DNA from: Methanofastidiosum sp.
GTDB lineage: Archaea; Methanobacteriota_B; Thermococci; Methanofastidiosales; Methanofastidiosaceae
DNA length: 64,000 bases
Assembly (NCBI GenBank): GCA_013178285.1
Contig: JABLXD010000007.1
Coordinates: forward strand, 18,093 to 82,092
Reading direction: 5' to 3'
Shown piece after piece: positions 41,093-51,442 of the stretch. The position numbers and the translations under genes were made by a program. Within the stretch, counting starts at the first letter, position 1; the number at the start of each line of letters is the position of its first letter. The notes below the pieces were generated by a model. The model ran no database searches, was not told the origin of the DNA, and saw only the letters and a program-made list of their open reading frames with translations.

Positions 41093-42316
41093 CTAAATAT
41101 CGCAATTTTTACAAAATATATCAATTAAACGAGAAAATATGGGAGGTATAAAATTAGATTCATAATGATATCCTATATCAACTATACCTTTATCGAATAC
41201 TTCATTAACTTGAGTAGTCTTTCGATTTAATTTAAAGAAAGAAGAAGTATCAGAACCTGTGTCGATTGCTTTACTCTCTCCTCCTAAATAATAATTGCCT
41301 CCGGGACCAATTGTGAATAATGGATCAGAAATTATAAAGTCATTATCTCCAATACCATAATTAATTTTATTCTTCCATAAGATATTTTTTCTTTGAACTA
41401 TTTGTCCATCGTTATAAATTCCATAATTATTATTTGAAATAATATTGTTTTGAAGTTCAATAGCTCCTTTATTATAGATACCAAATCCAGAATCATAGCC
41501 ATTAGAATCAACTGTGTTATTTATCAAAACGCCCTTAGAATTTACAGAATCAATTAGAACTCCTTTTAAGTTACTAGCGAAAAGATTATTTTTAGAGTAA
41601 AGCTCGACTGGACCAAAAATTTGGATACCAGTATTATTGTTGAAAAACACTGAATTTTGAACTTTTAAATCAATAAGACTCTCTGGAGAAAAAGAGTATG
41701 CAGTGAGACTAGAAGAATTTGAAAAACTTGAGTTATTTATCTCTAAATTTATTGAATCATATTTTGAGCCGCCATCTCTTATTGAGACCTCGCCTACTTC
41801 AGGTGCTGAACTTTCACCATAATAGATGTCACATCTATTAATTGTCATCTTATAGTTTCTAACAACATATGTGGCAGAAATTAATGCAACATCTCCAATA
41901 TTTTCAAATTTACAATCAGATAAAACTAGATTCATAGAAGTGTTAGGGAGATAATTTTCAAAAATGATGGTCTCAGAAGTTTTTGCATTTTTGAATGTAA
42001 TACCTGAAATTGTAACTATCATTGGATTTGCATTGTTTTGAGTCTTATAGATATTAAATTTGTGATCATCGAGAATAATTATGGTCTTATCTGAGCCATC
42101 GCCCACAATGGGAAGGCTTTTCCCAGATATATTTACATCGTCTTTTAGAGTATGGATACCTTCATGTATGTATACAATGTCCCAGCTACATGTATTTTGG
42201 GTAATTGTATACGCCAAATCATCGCCAGGATATATGTGGTAGGAAGTTGCATAAACAGATTGCCCAAAGAATAGAATTAAACTCAAGGATAATAAGAAAA
42301 TAATGGCTCTTCTCAT
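41093..42316 (-). CDS. Secreted right-handed parallel beta-helix repeat protein (NosD/pectate-lyase-like fold)
   Basis: It has a signal peptide MRRAIIFLLSLSLILFFGQSVYA and many N/S/G-rich repeat turns (NNTGIQI, NSKGVLINNTVDSNGYDSGFGIYNKGAIELQNNIISNNNYGIYNDG). Confidence 0.6.
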   Translation of the reverse strand: MRRAIIFLLSLSLILFFGQSVYATSYHIYPGDDLAYTITQNTCSWDIVYIHEGIHTLKDDVNISGKSLPIVGDGSDKTIIILDDHKFNIYKTQNNANPMIVTISGITFKNAKTSETIIFENYLPNTSMNLVLSDCKFENIGDVALISATYVVRNYKMTINRCDIYYGESSAPEVGEVSIRDGGSKYDSINLEINNSSFSNSSSLTAYSFSPESLIDLKVQNSVFFNNNTGIQIFGPVELYSKNNLFASNLKGVLIDSVNSKGVLINNTVDSNGYDSGFGIYNKGAIELQNNIISNNNYGIYNDGQIVQRKNILWKNKINYGIGDNDFIISDPLFTIGPGGNYYLGGESKAIDTGSDTSSFFKLNRKTTQVNEVFDKGIVDIGYHYESNFIPPIFSRLIDIFCKNCDI

Positions 42317-42448
42317 GATAAATATATTATCAGAAACTCAATTAAAAAATTAAGTATAATATATTATAGGCTACCTTGACTACCAAGAATTATAGTATAA
42401 CCAATTACTTGGGAACAAATATTTAAAACAAATAGAATAGTCCAATAT

Positions 42449-43360
42449 ATGCCTCAGGCATCACCAAGATTAGATAGAACTGAAAAAGGTCAAAGAGTAA
42501 CATTAATTGGACTTCTTGTAAATATAGTTCTAACAATCTTCAAATTTATTGCTGGAGTACTTGGTCAAAGCACTGCGATGATTGCTGATTCAGTACATTC
42601 TATTTCAGACACTGCATCCGATATTGTAGTTCTATTAGGATTTCAATACGTAAAAAAGCCTGTAGATGAGTCTCATAATTATGGTCACGGTAAAATAGAA
42701 ACTTTGTCAACAGCAATTGTAGGCCTGATGCTAATAGTTGTAGCTTTATTTATCGTTTTTTCGGGAACTGAAAAACTATTAAAGTCTATTCAAGGCGTTA
42801 TACTGGCAAAACCCGAAAATATTGCTTTCTATGCCGCAATAGTGTCAATAATAGTCAAGGAATTAATGTATAGGTATACAATAAAAGTAGGTAAAAATAT
42901 TAATAGCTCATTGATTATTGCAAATGCTTGGCACCATAGGTCCGATGCATTTTCTTCGATAGGTACTATGATAGGTATTGGAGGCGCAATTTTTCTAGGG
43001 GAAAAATGGCGAATCTTAGACCCCATAGCTGCTATTTTTGTTAGTGTGCTCATCCTTAAAGTTGCAATTGAAATATTAAGAGATAGTGTGAAGGAGTTAA
43101 TTGAAACATCAGTGGATGAAGAAACTAAAAAAGAATTATTAAAAGTTATTTCAAATGTTGATGGAGTTAAAGATTTTCATAAATTAAGAATAAGGCATAT
43201 AGGACATTATTACTCTATGAGCATACATATTTTGGTGGATAAATCTCTAAACATCGTTGAAGCTCATCAAATTTCAGATACGGCCGAAAAGGAAATAAGA
43301 AATTATCTTGGCCCTGAAACTCTTATCACTATCCATATTGAACCAGATGATAAAAATTAA
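42449..43360 (+). CDS. Cation diffusion facilitator family transporter (full length)
   Basis: It has HSISDTASDIVVLLG in TM2, HHRSDAFSSIG in TM5, and a C-terminal cytoplasmic domain. Confidence 0.85.
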   Translation: MPQASPRLDRTEKGQRVTLIGLLVNIVLTIFKFIAGVLGQSTAMIADSVHSISDTASDIVVLLGFQYVKKPVDESHNYGHGKIETLSTAIVGLMLIVVALFIVFSGTEKLLKSIQGVILAKPENIAFYAAIVSIIVKELMYRYTIKVGKNINSSLIIANAWHHRSDAFSSIGTMIGIGGAIFLGEKWRILDPIAAIFVSVLILKVAIEILRDSVKELIETSVDEETKKELLKVISNVDGVKDFHKLRIRHIGHYYSMSIHILVDKSLNIVEAHQISDTAEKEIRNYLGPETLITIHIEPDDKN

Positions 43361-43410
43361 TTTGTAGAGATAGTAATTATTTTGTTACTAAAAAATCAAG
43401 AGGATTTTTA

Positions 43411-43605
43411 ATGGTTGATAACTCTCCAGGCTCTCGTATTGAAAGAGTGAAAAAATTAAATATTCAACATAATAGTTTTTCAGCTAAAGATATGATTGGT
43501 GTGGATGACTTCAAAGAACTGTCGGATATTTTTAAAGATGAACCAATAGTTATAGAGAAATTTAAATTAATGAGAAAAATAATTGGAAAAAAAAGAGAGA
43601 AATAG
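43411..43605 (+). CDS. Hypothetical small protein (64 aa)
   Basis: This is only an ORF; I recognise no motif. Confidence 0.25.
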   Translation: MVDNSPGSRIERVKKLNIQHNSFSAKDMIGVDDFKELSDIFKDEPIVIEKFKLMRKIIGKKREK

Positions 43606-44254
43606 AAAAGTATATAAAATTAAAATCAAGATAATATGCATGGATAAAAGTCGTATTATTAGTTTATTAGGAGGTATTATACTAATTGTAGCTGCTTTTT
43701 TGCCATTCTTTTATTTTATTGATGGCTGGTACTCTATTTTTGAGATTACATACGCTGTGTTAATGAATTTTACCAATAACGCAACTATGCAGAACTTTTT
43801 ACTTCAAATAAATCCATCCTACGGAATGGCTGCTATGACCTTAGCACTGATGGTTGCAGGATTTTTCCTACTTGTTATTGGGGGTTTGTTAGCAATCATT
43901 AAAAAATCTGGGGGATCAGTAGCAGGTCCTGGAGGAATGGTAGTACTAACAATAGCAGGTTTTCTTTACGCCGGAGCATTAATATTTGGATTTCTAGCAA
44001 TTGGATTTTATTTGGGCTGGGTCGGCGCGATTCTATGTATCATAGGTGGAGCAATATCCCCCGATAAAGACAAAAGCAGAGTTAATGTTTCAGTAAATCA
44101 ACAGCAAAATGTTACAACTACTGGAACACCTATTACTTCAAATCAAAACACAAACAATCCACCACAAAATAAAGATATTAAGTTTTGTAATCAATGCGGA
44201 TACCAAAATAAAAAAGATACTTCGTTCTGCGTTAATTGCGGCAATAGATTATAA
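43583..44254 (+). CDS. Hypothetical polytopic membrane protein with a C-terminal zinc ribbon (likely start near 43637)
   Basis: It has four hydrophobic helices and then FCNQCGYQNKKDTSFCVNCGNR (C-x2-C-x10-C-x2-C). Confidence 0.45.
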   Translation: MEKKERNRKVYKIKIKIICMDKSRIISLLGGIILIVAAFLPFFYFIDGWYSIFEITYAVLMNFTNNATMQNFLLQINPSYGMAAMTLALMVAGFFLLVIGGLLAIIKKSGGSVAGPGGMVVLTIAGFLYAGALIFGFLAIGFYLGWVGAILCIIGGAISPDKDKSRVNVSVNQQQNVTTTGTPITSNQNTNNPPQNKDIKFCNQCGYQNKKDTSFCVNCGNRL

Positions 44255-44409
44255 CTTTTTTTATTTTAATCTATTTTCTATTAAATTAATTCTATTACGA
44301 ATTTCGTAATATTGTAACTAAATAAATTGTCAAGGGAAACATTTATTAGTGATTGATATTACTTTTTAACATACTTCCACATGGGAGTACGAAAACGGAG
44401 GTATTAAGA

Positions 44410-45186
44410 ATGAAAAGAATAGGACAAATAAGCATTGTATTACTATTGGTATTGGCTGTCGTTGCAGCCAGTGGATGTACTGGTACACAAAGCAGAAAAT
44501 TAGTAGAAGAAGGATACCTTACCATTGGTACTGAAGCTCAGTTCCCCCCTTTTGAAATAAGGAAGGCTGATGGAAGTTTCTACGGTTTTGATATTGCTTT
44601 GGGTGAAGCTTTAGCTAAAGAACTAGGACTTAAGCCAAAGTTCGTTGATACTGATTTTGCTTCAATAATTGCATCACTAAATTCTGGAAAATTTGACATT
44701 GCCATGTCTGCTATGACTATAACTGAAGAAAGAAAGAAAACAGTTAACTTCTCAGATTCATACTTTGATGCCGGTCTTAGCATGGCCGTTCCATTCAACA
44801 GCAACGTGCAAACAATTAATGACCTAAATGGCGCAATAGTTGGCGTTCAACTTGGAACTACAGGAGATCTATACGCATCTGAACTCAAAAACATAAAAGA
44901 AGTAAAGAGATACAACCATGCGCCAGACGCATTTCTAGACATGAAAAACGGAAAATTAGACGCAGTAATTAACGATGACGTTGTTTCAAAGCCTATCGTT
45001 GCAAGTGACCCTACAGCATTCAAGATTGTTGGTGGATTACTTACAGTAGAAGAATATGGAATTGCAATTCCAAAAGACAATCCAGACTTACTCGTGAAAG
45101 TAAACGCAGCCCTTAAAAAACTCAAAGAAAACGGAACCTACGACCAAATATACGACCAATACATAGTTAACTGGTCTGAAGAATAA
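44410..45186 (+). CDS. Amino-acid ABC transporter substrate-binding lipoprotein (GlnH/HisJ-like)
   Basis: The signal/lipobox is MKRIGQISIVLLLVLAVVAASGC, after a GGAGGT SD at the right spacing. It has a periplasmic-binding-protein type 3 fold. The track ORF starting at 44353 probably over-extends. Confidence 0.8.
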   Translation: MKRIGQISIVLLLVLAVVAASGCTGTQSRKLVEEGYLTIGTEAQFPPFEIRKADGSFYGFDIALGEALAKELGLKPKFVDTDFASIIASLNSGKFDIAMSAMTITEERKKTVNFSDSYFDAGLSMAVPFNSNVQTINDLNGAIVGVQLGTTGDLYASELKNIKEVKRYNHAPDAFLDMKNGKLDAVINDDVVSKPIVASDPTAFKIVGGLLTVEEYGIAIPKDNPDLLVKVNAALKKLKENGTYDQIYDQYIVNWSEE

Positions 45187-45197
45187 AAAAGAAAAAG

Positions 45198-45872
45198 GTG
45201 ACCAAAGTGGTGGGACTAGGATTTCAATTTGATTTATTTGTAAGAATACTTCCAGAGTTATTACGGGGTGCAGCTATAACTGTTCAGCTTACTGCATTTT
45301 CTGTTGCTATAGGAACTTTAATCGGACTATTGATGGGTATTGCAAGAATTTCACACTATCGAATTATTAATGCCCCGGCTACGCTGTATGTTGAATTCAT
45401 CCGAGGAACGCCGCTTTTGGTCCAAATAATGATAGTTTATTATGGATTACCTGCATTAGGGGTAAATCTCGATCAATATACTTCTGGTATACTTGCTTTA
45501 TCTATTAACAGTGGTGCATATATCGCTGAAATATTTAAAGCAGGAATTAAATCAATTAAAAAGGGACAAACTGAAGCCTCGATTTCATTGGGATTGAATT
45601 ATATACAAACAATGAGATATGTAATATTGCCACAAGCAACTAGAAATATTCTCCCGGCTTTAGGAAACGAATTTATAGCTTTATTAAAAGATTCTTCACT
45701 TGTTTCAGTAATAGCTATCTCTGAACTTTTAAGACGTGGTATGATTGTTTATTCAAGAACTTATGATGCGTGGACGCCACTACTTGGCGTTGCATTAATT
45801 TATCTTTGTATTACTATACCACTCTCCAGGGCAGTCCAATACATTGAAAAGAGGTGGGAAATACATGATTAG
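45198..45872 (+). CDS. Amino-acid ABC transporter permease (GlnP/HisM-like)
   Basis: It has the EAA-loop region [21 protein letters not shown] and five TM helices. Confidence 0.85.
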   Translation: MTKVVGLGFQFDLFVRILPELLRGAAITVQLTAFSVAIGTLIGLLMGIARISHYRIINAPATLYVEFIRGTPLLVQIMIVYYGLPALGVNLDQYTSGILALSINSGAYIAEIFKAGIKSIKKGQTEASISLGLNYIQTMRYVILPQATRNILPALGNEFIALLKDSSLVSVIAISELLRRGMIVYSRTYDAWTPLLGVALIYLCITIPLSRAVQYIEKRWEIHD

Positions 45873-46653
45873 AGATACTCTCAAAAGAAAAAAATCTAAA
45901 TTTACAAATGGAACTTCAAATGGAGCTCCTATGATAAAAATGACACATGTAAAAAAATCTTTTGGAGATCTAGTTGTACTGAAGGACATTAATCTTGAAA
46001 TAAAGAAAGGTGAAGTCTTAGTAGTTCTCGGACCTTCTGGATCAGGTAAAAGTACTTTGATTAGATGTATTAATAGGTTGGAGAAAATAGATGAGGGCCA
46101 AATTATACTAGAAGGAACGGACATCTATTCTCCAGATATGGATGTTCATGAGTTAAGGACAAAAGTTGGAATGGTATTCCAACAATTCAATTTGTTCCCG
46201 CATATGAAGGTACTAGACAATGTGATTCTTTCCCCGATAAAAGTTAAGAAGATTTCCAAAGATGTTGCAAAGAAAGAAGCATTAGAACTACTAAAAAAGG
46301 TGGGACTTGAAGACAAATCTAACTCTTATCCTCATGAACTTTCTGGAGGGCAACAACAAAGAGTTGCAATTGCAAGAGCACTTGCTATGAATCCTGATGT
46401 TATGTTGTTTGATGAAGTTACATCTGCTCTAGATCCAGAACTTGTTAAAGGAGTTCTCGAAACAATGAAAGAACTTGCAAAAATGGGAATGACTATGATT
46501 GTTGTCACCCACGAAATGGGATTTGCAAAAGAAGTAGCAGATAGAGTTATTTTCATGGATGAAGGATATATAATCGAAGAAAATGAACCTAAAGAGCTAT
46601 TTGAAAATCCAAAGAATCCAAGAACTCAGGCATTTATATCAAAGATACTATAA
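45866..46653 (+). CDS. Amino-acid ABC transporter ATP-binding protein (GlnQ-like)
   Basis: It has Walker [10 protein letters not shown], the signature [15 protein letters not shown] and Walker [12 protein letters not shown]. The start was chosen at the ATG after a GAGGTG SD. Confidence 0.85.
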
Positions 46654-46688
46654 TAAACCATAAATATTCTTTTTTTATTAATAGTAAT

Positions 46689-47489
46689 ATGACAAAAAAA
46701 ATTTTAATATTAACGTTGACTTTAATTAGTTTGATATTGAGTTTAGGTTGCATAGGCCAAGGGTCTAATCCAAAAATAGAGAAAGATATACTTTACCAAT
46801 ACTCAACCATTGAAGCTCTTTTAGAAGGAATTTATGATGGCAACATGACTTTCGGAGAACTTGGGGCCCATGGAGACTATGGACTTGGAACAGTCAATGC
46901 TCTAGATGGGGAAATGATTCAAGTTGATGGAAAGTTTTACCAAATAAAGATTGATGGAGTAGCCTATCCAATTTCTGATAACGAAAAAACTCCATTTGCG
47001 GTAGTATCCTTTTTTGATCTGGATAAATCCGTTAAAATTAATGGCCCATTGAATTACAAGCAATTTACAGAGTATCTTGATGAAAATATACCTACAAATA
47101 ATCTCTATTATATGGTGGTAGTAAAAGGTAATTTTGATTACATAAAGACTAGAAGCGTCCCTAGACAGCAATCACCTTACGTGCCCTTAGTCAAAGCAAT
47201 AGAGGGGCAAAAAACTTTTGAATTCACCAATGTAAGGGGAACATTGATAGGTTTTAGGATGCCTGAATACATAGGGGATATGAACGTTCCAGGATATCAC
47301 TTCCACTTTATTACCGAAGATAAAAAAGCTGGAGGTCATGTTTTAGAATTGATTATTCAAGATCAAGAAGCATATATTGATTATACCGATAACTTCTTTA
47401 TGAAAGTCCCAGAAAATAAATTATTCTACAATTTGAATTCCGGACAAGGCAATGAAGAAGATGTCCAAACAGTCGAGAAAGGAAAATAA
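46689..47489 (+). CDS. budA: Alpha-acetolactate decarboxylase with a lipoprotein-type signal peptide
   Basis: It has the ALDC family motifs YQYSTIEALLEGIYDG, GLGT and HFHFITED (His metal ligands). The leader is MTKKILILTLTLISLILSLGC. Confidence 0.8.
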   Translation: MTKKILILTLTLISLILSLGCIGQGSNPKIEKDILYQYSTIEALLEGIYDGNMTFGELGAHGDYGLGTVNALDGEMIQVDGKFYQIKIDGVAYPISDNEKTPFAVVSFFDLDKSVKINGPLNYKQFTEYLDENIPTNNLYYMVVVKGNFDYIKTRSVPRQQSPYVPLVKAIEGQKTFEFTNVRGTLIGFRMPEYIGDMNVPGYHFHFITEDKKAGGHVLELIIQDQEAYIDYTDNFFMKVPENKLFYNLNSGQGNEEDVQTVEKGK

Positions 47490-47568
47490 GACGCCCTAGT
47501 AGGTATTATTTTTCTATTAATTCTCATTTTTTATAAAAATATATAAATCCAAATATTTAATATTCATC

Positions 47569-48132
47569 ATGGATGTAAAAGAAGCCATAAATAAAAGAAG
47601 AGCATATAGATCTTTAGAGCCTGCAGAGATAACGCCGGACATCATTAATTCACTAGCTGGAAGTGCTCAACTTTCACCTTCTTGTTTTAATAATCAACCG
47701 TGGAGATACGTATTCGTTACAGACTCTGAGAAACTTATTGAAATGCATTCTGCACTTTCCCAAGGGAATGAATGGGCCAAAGCTGCATCAATGATTATAG
47801 CTGTATTTTCTAAAAAAGAAAATGACTGTTTGATAAAAGATAGAGAGTACTACTTATTTGACACCGGTATGGCTACTGCGTTCATAATATTGAGGGCAAC
47901 TGAAATTGGATTAGTTGCCCATCCAATCGCAGGATTCAGCCCGAAAAAAACAAGAGAGATACTAGAGATACCTGATGAGATGAATGTAATTACTCTTGTT
48001 ATAGTTGGAAAACATTCTTCTAATATGAATCCTTTAATGAATGAAGATCAGATAGAAGTTGAAAAGGAAAGGCCAGAAAGATTACAAGTTAATAAATTTG
48101 TTTTTATGAACAAATACATGGCCAATAAATAA
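47569..48132 (+). CDS. Nitroreductase family protein
   Basis: It has the N-terminal KRRAYRSLEP motif and the FMN-binding fold pattern. Confidence 0.8.
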   Translation: MDVKEAINKRRAYRSLEPAEITPDIINSLAGSAQLSPSCFNNQPWRYVFVTDSEKLIEMHSALSQGNEWAKAASMIIAVFSKKENDCLIKDREYYLFDTGMATAFIILRATEIGLVAHPIAGFSPKKTREILEIPDEMNVITLVIVGKHSSNMNPLMNEDQIEVEKERPERLQVNKFVFMNKYMANK

Positions 48133-48232
48133 ATTCAAGTAAACTTATATATACAATGAAGGTGTCTTGATATAATAGAAAATCTTAATAAAACATTATA
48201 TTTTTTGATTCATATAATAGGAGGGTAATCAA

Positions 48233-49936
48233 ATGGAAGGTATTTCTATTGTTCTTTGTGGTGAAGCTGGTCAAGGTATAGAAACTATAGAGGACATTCT
48301 AACAAGAATATTAAAAATTTCAAGATACAATGTCTTTTCTGCAAGAGAATATATGTCTAGAGTCAGAGGAGGTATCAATTCAACAGAAATACGTGTGTCT
48401 CCAAAACGTAATAGGGCTTATGTAGATAGAATTGACTTATTATTTGCTTTGAGTAAAAACTCTATCAATCATCTAAAAGGTAGGATAACGGAAAATACAA
48501 TAATATTTGGAGATAAAGAGGTAATAGGCGATATTCCAAATGCGGTTGATATACCTTTATCAAAAACTTCTAAAAAAGTGGGAAGTAGTTTATTTTCTAA
48601 TACGATTACTGCAGGAGTAATTTGCGGATTGCTAAATGTTTCAGAATATGAGATAAATGATTTTATTTCAAAATATTTTGAAAGCAAAGGACAAGAGATA
48701 GTTAACAAGAATCTTGAAGCTATTAGTCAAGGATATGAGTTGGCTAATAATATAATAGATTCTGGAGTTTCTATAAAGGCTAGAAGAAGTGACGAAATAT
48801 CTGGAGATTTGGGAAAAGATATTCTTATGTCGGGCAAAGATGCAGTTGCACTTGGAGCTCTTGCAGGAGGATGTAATTTTATTTCGGGTTATCCAATGTC
48901 ACCTGCTACAGGAGTTCTTTCTTTTATGTCAGCACATTCAAAAGAATTTGATATTATAGCCGAACAAGCTGAAGATGAGATAAGTGCAATTAACATGGCC
49001 ATAGGGGCATGGTATGCAGGCGGAAGGGGAATGACCACAACTTCAGGCGGAGGATTTGCTTTGATGGAAGAAGGATTAAGCCTAGCTGGAATGTCTGAAA
49101 CTCCTGTTGTTATCCATATAGGGCAGAGGCCAGGTCCAGCTACAGGACTCCCAACAAGGACGGAACAAGGAGATCTTGACCTTTCATTATATGCAGGCCA
49201 TGGAGATTTTGCTCGAGTGATATTATCTCCAGGAAGTATTGAAGATTGCTTCTATTTATCAAAATATGCTTTTTCTCTAGCAGACAAATACCAGATTCCT
49301 GTTTTTATATTAACAGACCAATATTTGTTAGATTGCCAGTATAATATTACATCTCTAGATTATAAGAAATATGGGGTAAAAAAATATGTAATTAAAACAG
49401 AAAAAGAGTATCAAAGATATCAGTTCACAAAGACTGGAGTTTCTCCAAGAGGTATACCTGGATTTGGAGAGGGATTAATAGTGCAAACTGGAAATGAGCA
49501 TGATGAAACTGGCCATACAACTGAAAATGCAATTATAAGGAAAAAGATGGTTGAAAAGAGATTCAAAGAAAAGCTTAATCAGTTGAAAAATGAGGTCATC
49601 TATCCCGAACTACTTGGAGGTAAAGCATATAAGTTTCTCTTAATAGGGTGGGGATCTACTAAAAATATTGTAGAAGAAGCCCTAAAAGAATTGAAAGAAC
49701 CTCGAATGGGATTTCTTTATTTTAAACAAGTTTACCCACTACCAAGAGAAATGATGGGGTACTTAATAAATGCTCAAAAGATTATTACGATAGAAAATAA
49801 TGCTTCAGGGCAATTTGCAAATCTTATTAAAAAAGAAACGGGTTTTGATATAAAGTATAGAATTTTAAAATATGACGGTAGACCCTTTTCTGTTGAGGAC
49901 GTTGTGACAAAAATAAGGGATATTTTGGAGGAATAA
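48233..49936 (+). CDS. 2-oxoacid:ferredoxin oxidoreductase, fused gamma-alpha subunit
   Basis: It has an N-terminal gamma-like domain ([18 protein letters not shown]) followed by the alpha catalytic domains. The 567 aa size matches the Sulfolobus/Aeropyrum two-subunit OFOR. Confidence 0.85.
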   Translation: MEGISIVLCGEAGQGIETIEDILTRILKISRYNVFSAREYMSRVRGGINSTEIRVSPKRNRAYVDRIDLLFALSKNSINHLKGRITENTIIFGDKEVIGDIPNAVDIPLSKTSKKVGSSLFSNTITAGVICGLLNVSEYEINDFISKYFESKGQEIVNKNLEAISQGYELANNIIDSGVSIKARRSDEISGDLGKDILMSGKDAVALGALAGGCNFISGYPMSPATGVLSFMSAHSKEFDIIAEQAEDEISAINMAIGAWYAGGRGMTTTSGGGFALMEEGLSLAGMSETPVVIHIGQRPGPATGLPTRTEQGDLDLSLYAGHGDFARVILSPGSIEDCFYLSKYAFSLADKYQIPVFILTDQYLLDCQYNITSLDYKKYGVKKYVIKTEKEYQRYQFTKTGVSPRGIPGFGEGLIVQTGNEHDETGHTTENAIIRKKMVEKRFKEKLNQLKNEVIYPELLGGKAYKFLLIGWGSTKNIVEEALKELKEPRMGFLYFKQVYPLPREMMGYLINAQKIITIENNASGQFANLIKKETGFDIKYRILKYDGRPFSVEDVVTKIRDILEE

Positions 49937-49937
49937 A

Positions 49938-50798
49938 ATGGAAGCTAAAGATTTTGATATTCAAAATATTGACATTTCATGGTGCCCTGGATGCGGGAAC
50001 TTTACTTTATTGAAAATACTAAAAGAAACATTTGCAGAACTCCAAATAATGCCAGAAAATTTAGCAGTTATTTCGGGTATTGGACAATCGGCAAAAACTC
50101 CCCACTATTTCAAAAATAATACTTTTCATACATTACATGGCAGAGCTGTTCCCATAGCAACAGCGATAAAAGCAGTTAATCCAAATATAACAGTTATTGC
50201 TGAAGGGGGAGACGGAGACATGTACGGTGAAGGAGGAAATCATATACTTCATGCGATAAGAAGGAATCCAGACATAACAAATATAATACATAATAACATG
50301 GTTTATGGCCTAACTAAAGGACAAGCTTCGCCTACTACAATGTTAGGGGTCAAAACTACGCTACAAACTGATGGTGTTATACTAGAACCTTTCAATCCTA
50401 TAGCAGTTGCAATAGCATTGAATGCTTCTTTTGTTGCCCGTGCGTTTGTGGGAGATATTGAGAAAACAAAAGAAATTCTAAAAAAAGCTATTTCACACAA
50501 AGGATACGCAATAGTAGATATATTCCAGCAATGCCCTTCCTTTAATAAAATAAACACTTTTGAATGGTTTAAACAGAATACTTATTATCTTGAGGATAGC
50601 CATGATCCTTACAATAGAATCGAAGCGTTCAAGAGATCTATTGAGACAGAAAAATTCCCTCTTGGTATTTTCTATATAAATAAAAGAAATTCGTTTGAAG
50701 AAAATCATGACCTATATAAAGACAATAAAGACCCATTATGTTTTAGAGAAAGGGATCAAAACATAATACAGCAATTCATAGACTCAAAAATGCGTTAA
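49938..50798 (+). CDS. 2-oxoacid:ferredoxin oxidoreductase, beta (TPP-binding) subunit
   Basis: It has the Cys ligands WCPGCGN and the TPP motif [12 protein letters not shown]. It lies 2 nt after the alpha subunit. Confidence 0.85.
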   Translation: MEAKDFDIQNIDISWCPGCGNFTLLKILKETFAELQIMPENLAVISGIGQSAKTPHYFKNNTFHTLHGRAVPIATAIKAVNPNITVIAEGGDGDMYGEGGNHILHAIRRNPDITNIIHNNMVYGLTKGQASPTTMLGVKTTLQTDGVILEPFNPIAVAIALNASFVARAFVGDIEKTKEILKKAISHKGYAIVDIFQQCPSFNKINTFEWFKQNTYYLEDSHDPYNRIEAFKRSIETEKFPLGIFYINKRNSFEENHDLYKDNKDPLCFRERDQNIIQQFIDSKMR

Positions 50799-50827
50799 GT
50801 TATAAATAATTGACATAAATCTTTTAA

Positions 50828-51442
50828 ACTTACCTAATTCTTTCATTTCAGGGTGATAAAATAGCTACAAAGAAAAAGAAGGATGTTACTGAGAAAAAGG
50901 TAACTAAAACTACTAAGGCTGCTACAAAAAAATCAGTTACTCCAAAAGTAGAGAAGAAAGTCGCCTCAACAAAGAAAGAAAAATCATTCTTAAAGGAAAA
51001 CAAGAAGATAGCAATAGTTGGGGCCGTTGCAATAGTATTAGTAATTGCTACAATAGCTGGGTTTTACTACACTCAAGAAAGCGAAAAGGACAAAGTAGAA
51101 GAAGCAGTCAGATTACACATTGAATATTATAACACTAGAAATATTGATGCATACTATGACTTAGTATCTCAAAATTCTAAGGATAAATACGGCATTAAAT
51201 TAGAAGATATATCCAATCTCCTTAATAAAGCTGCATTTGATGGAACAAATATTACAATAGTAAATATAAGCCAGATAACAGTTCAAGGAAATGATGCAGA
51301 AGTTAGAGGGGTAATACTTGCAAAGAACAATCAGGGATCTGAATCAAGATCTTTCGTTGAACTCTATAAAAAGGAAAACGGAGAATGGAAATACGAACAA
51401 AGAATGTGGGAAGATACCGCTACTTCGCAGTCTCCTCAGTAA
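50828..51442 (+). CDS. Membrane-anchored NTF2-like (DUF4878-like) protein; open frame without an ATG/GTG/TTG start (possible ATA start at 50861 after GGTGA)
   Basis: The 200-codon frame-2 ORF is open from 50828 to TAA at 51440-51442. It has a Lys-rich N-terminus, one TM helix (IAIVGAVAIVLVIATIAGFYY) and a C-terminal NTF2-like domain ending ...KENGEWKYEQRMW. It is absent from the ORF track because it has no canonical start. Confidence 0.4.
   Translation, partial: TYLILSFQGDKIATKKKKDVTEKKVTKTTKAATKKSVTPKVEKKVASTKKEKSFLKENKKIAIVGAVAIVLVIATIAGFYYTQESEKDKVEEAVRLHIEYYNTRNIDAYYDLVSQNSKDKYGIKLEDISNLLNKAAFDGTNITIVNISQITVQGNDAEVRGVILAKNNQGSESRSFVELYKKENGEWKYEQRMWEDTATSQSPQ

Noticed and set aside
44353-44409. 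N-terminal extension MILLFNILPHGSTKTEVLR of the substrate-binding protein ORF
   Set aside because: The internal ATG at 44410 is preceded by GGAGGT at optimal spacing and begins a canonical lipoprotein signal peptide. The upstream extension lacks an RBS and would bury the signal peptide.
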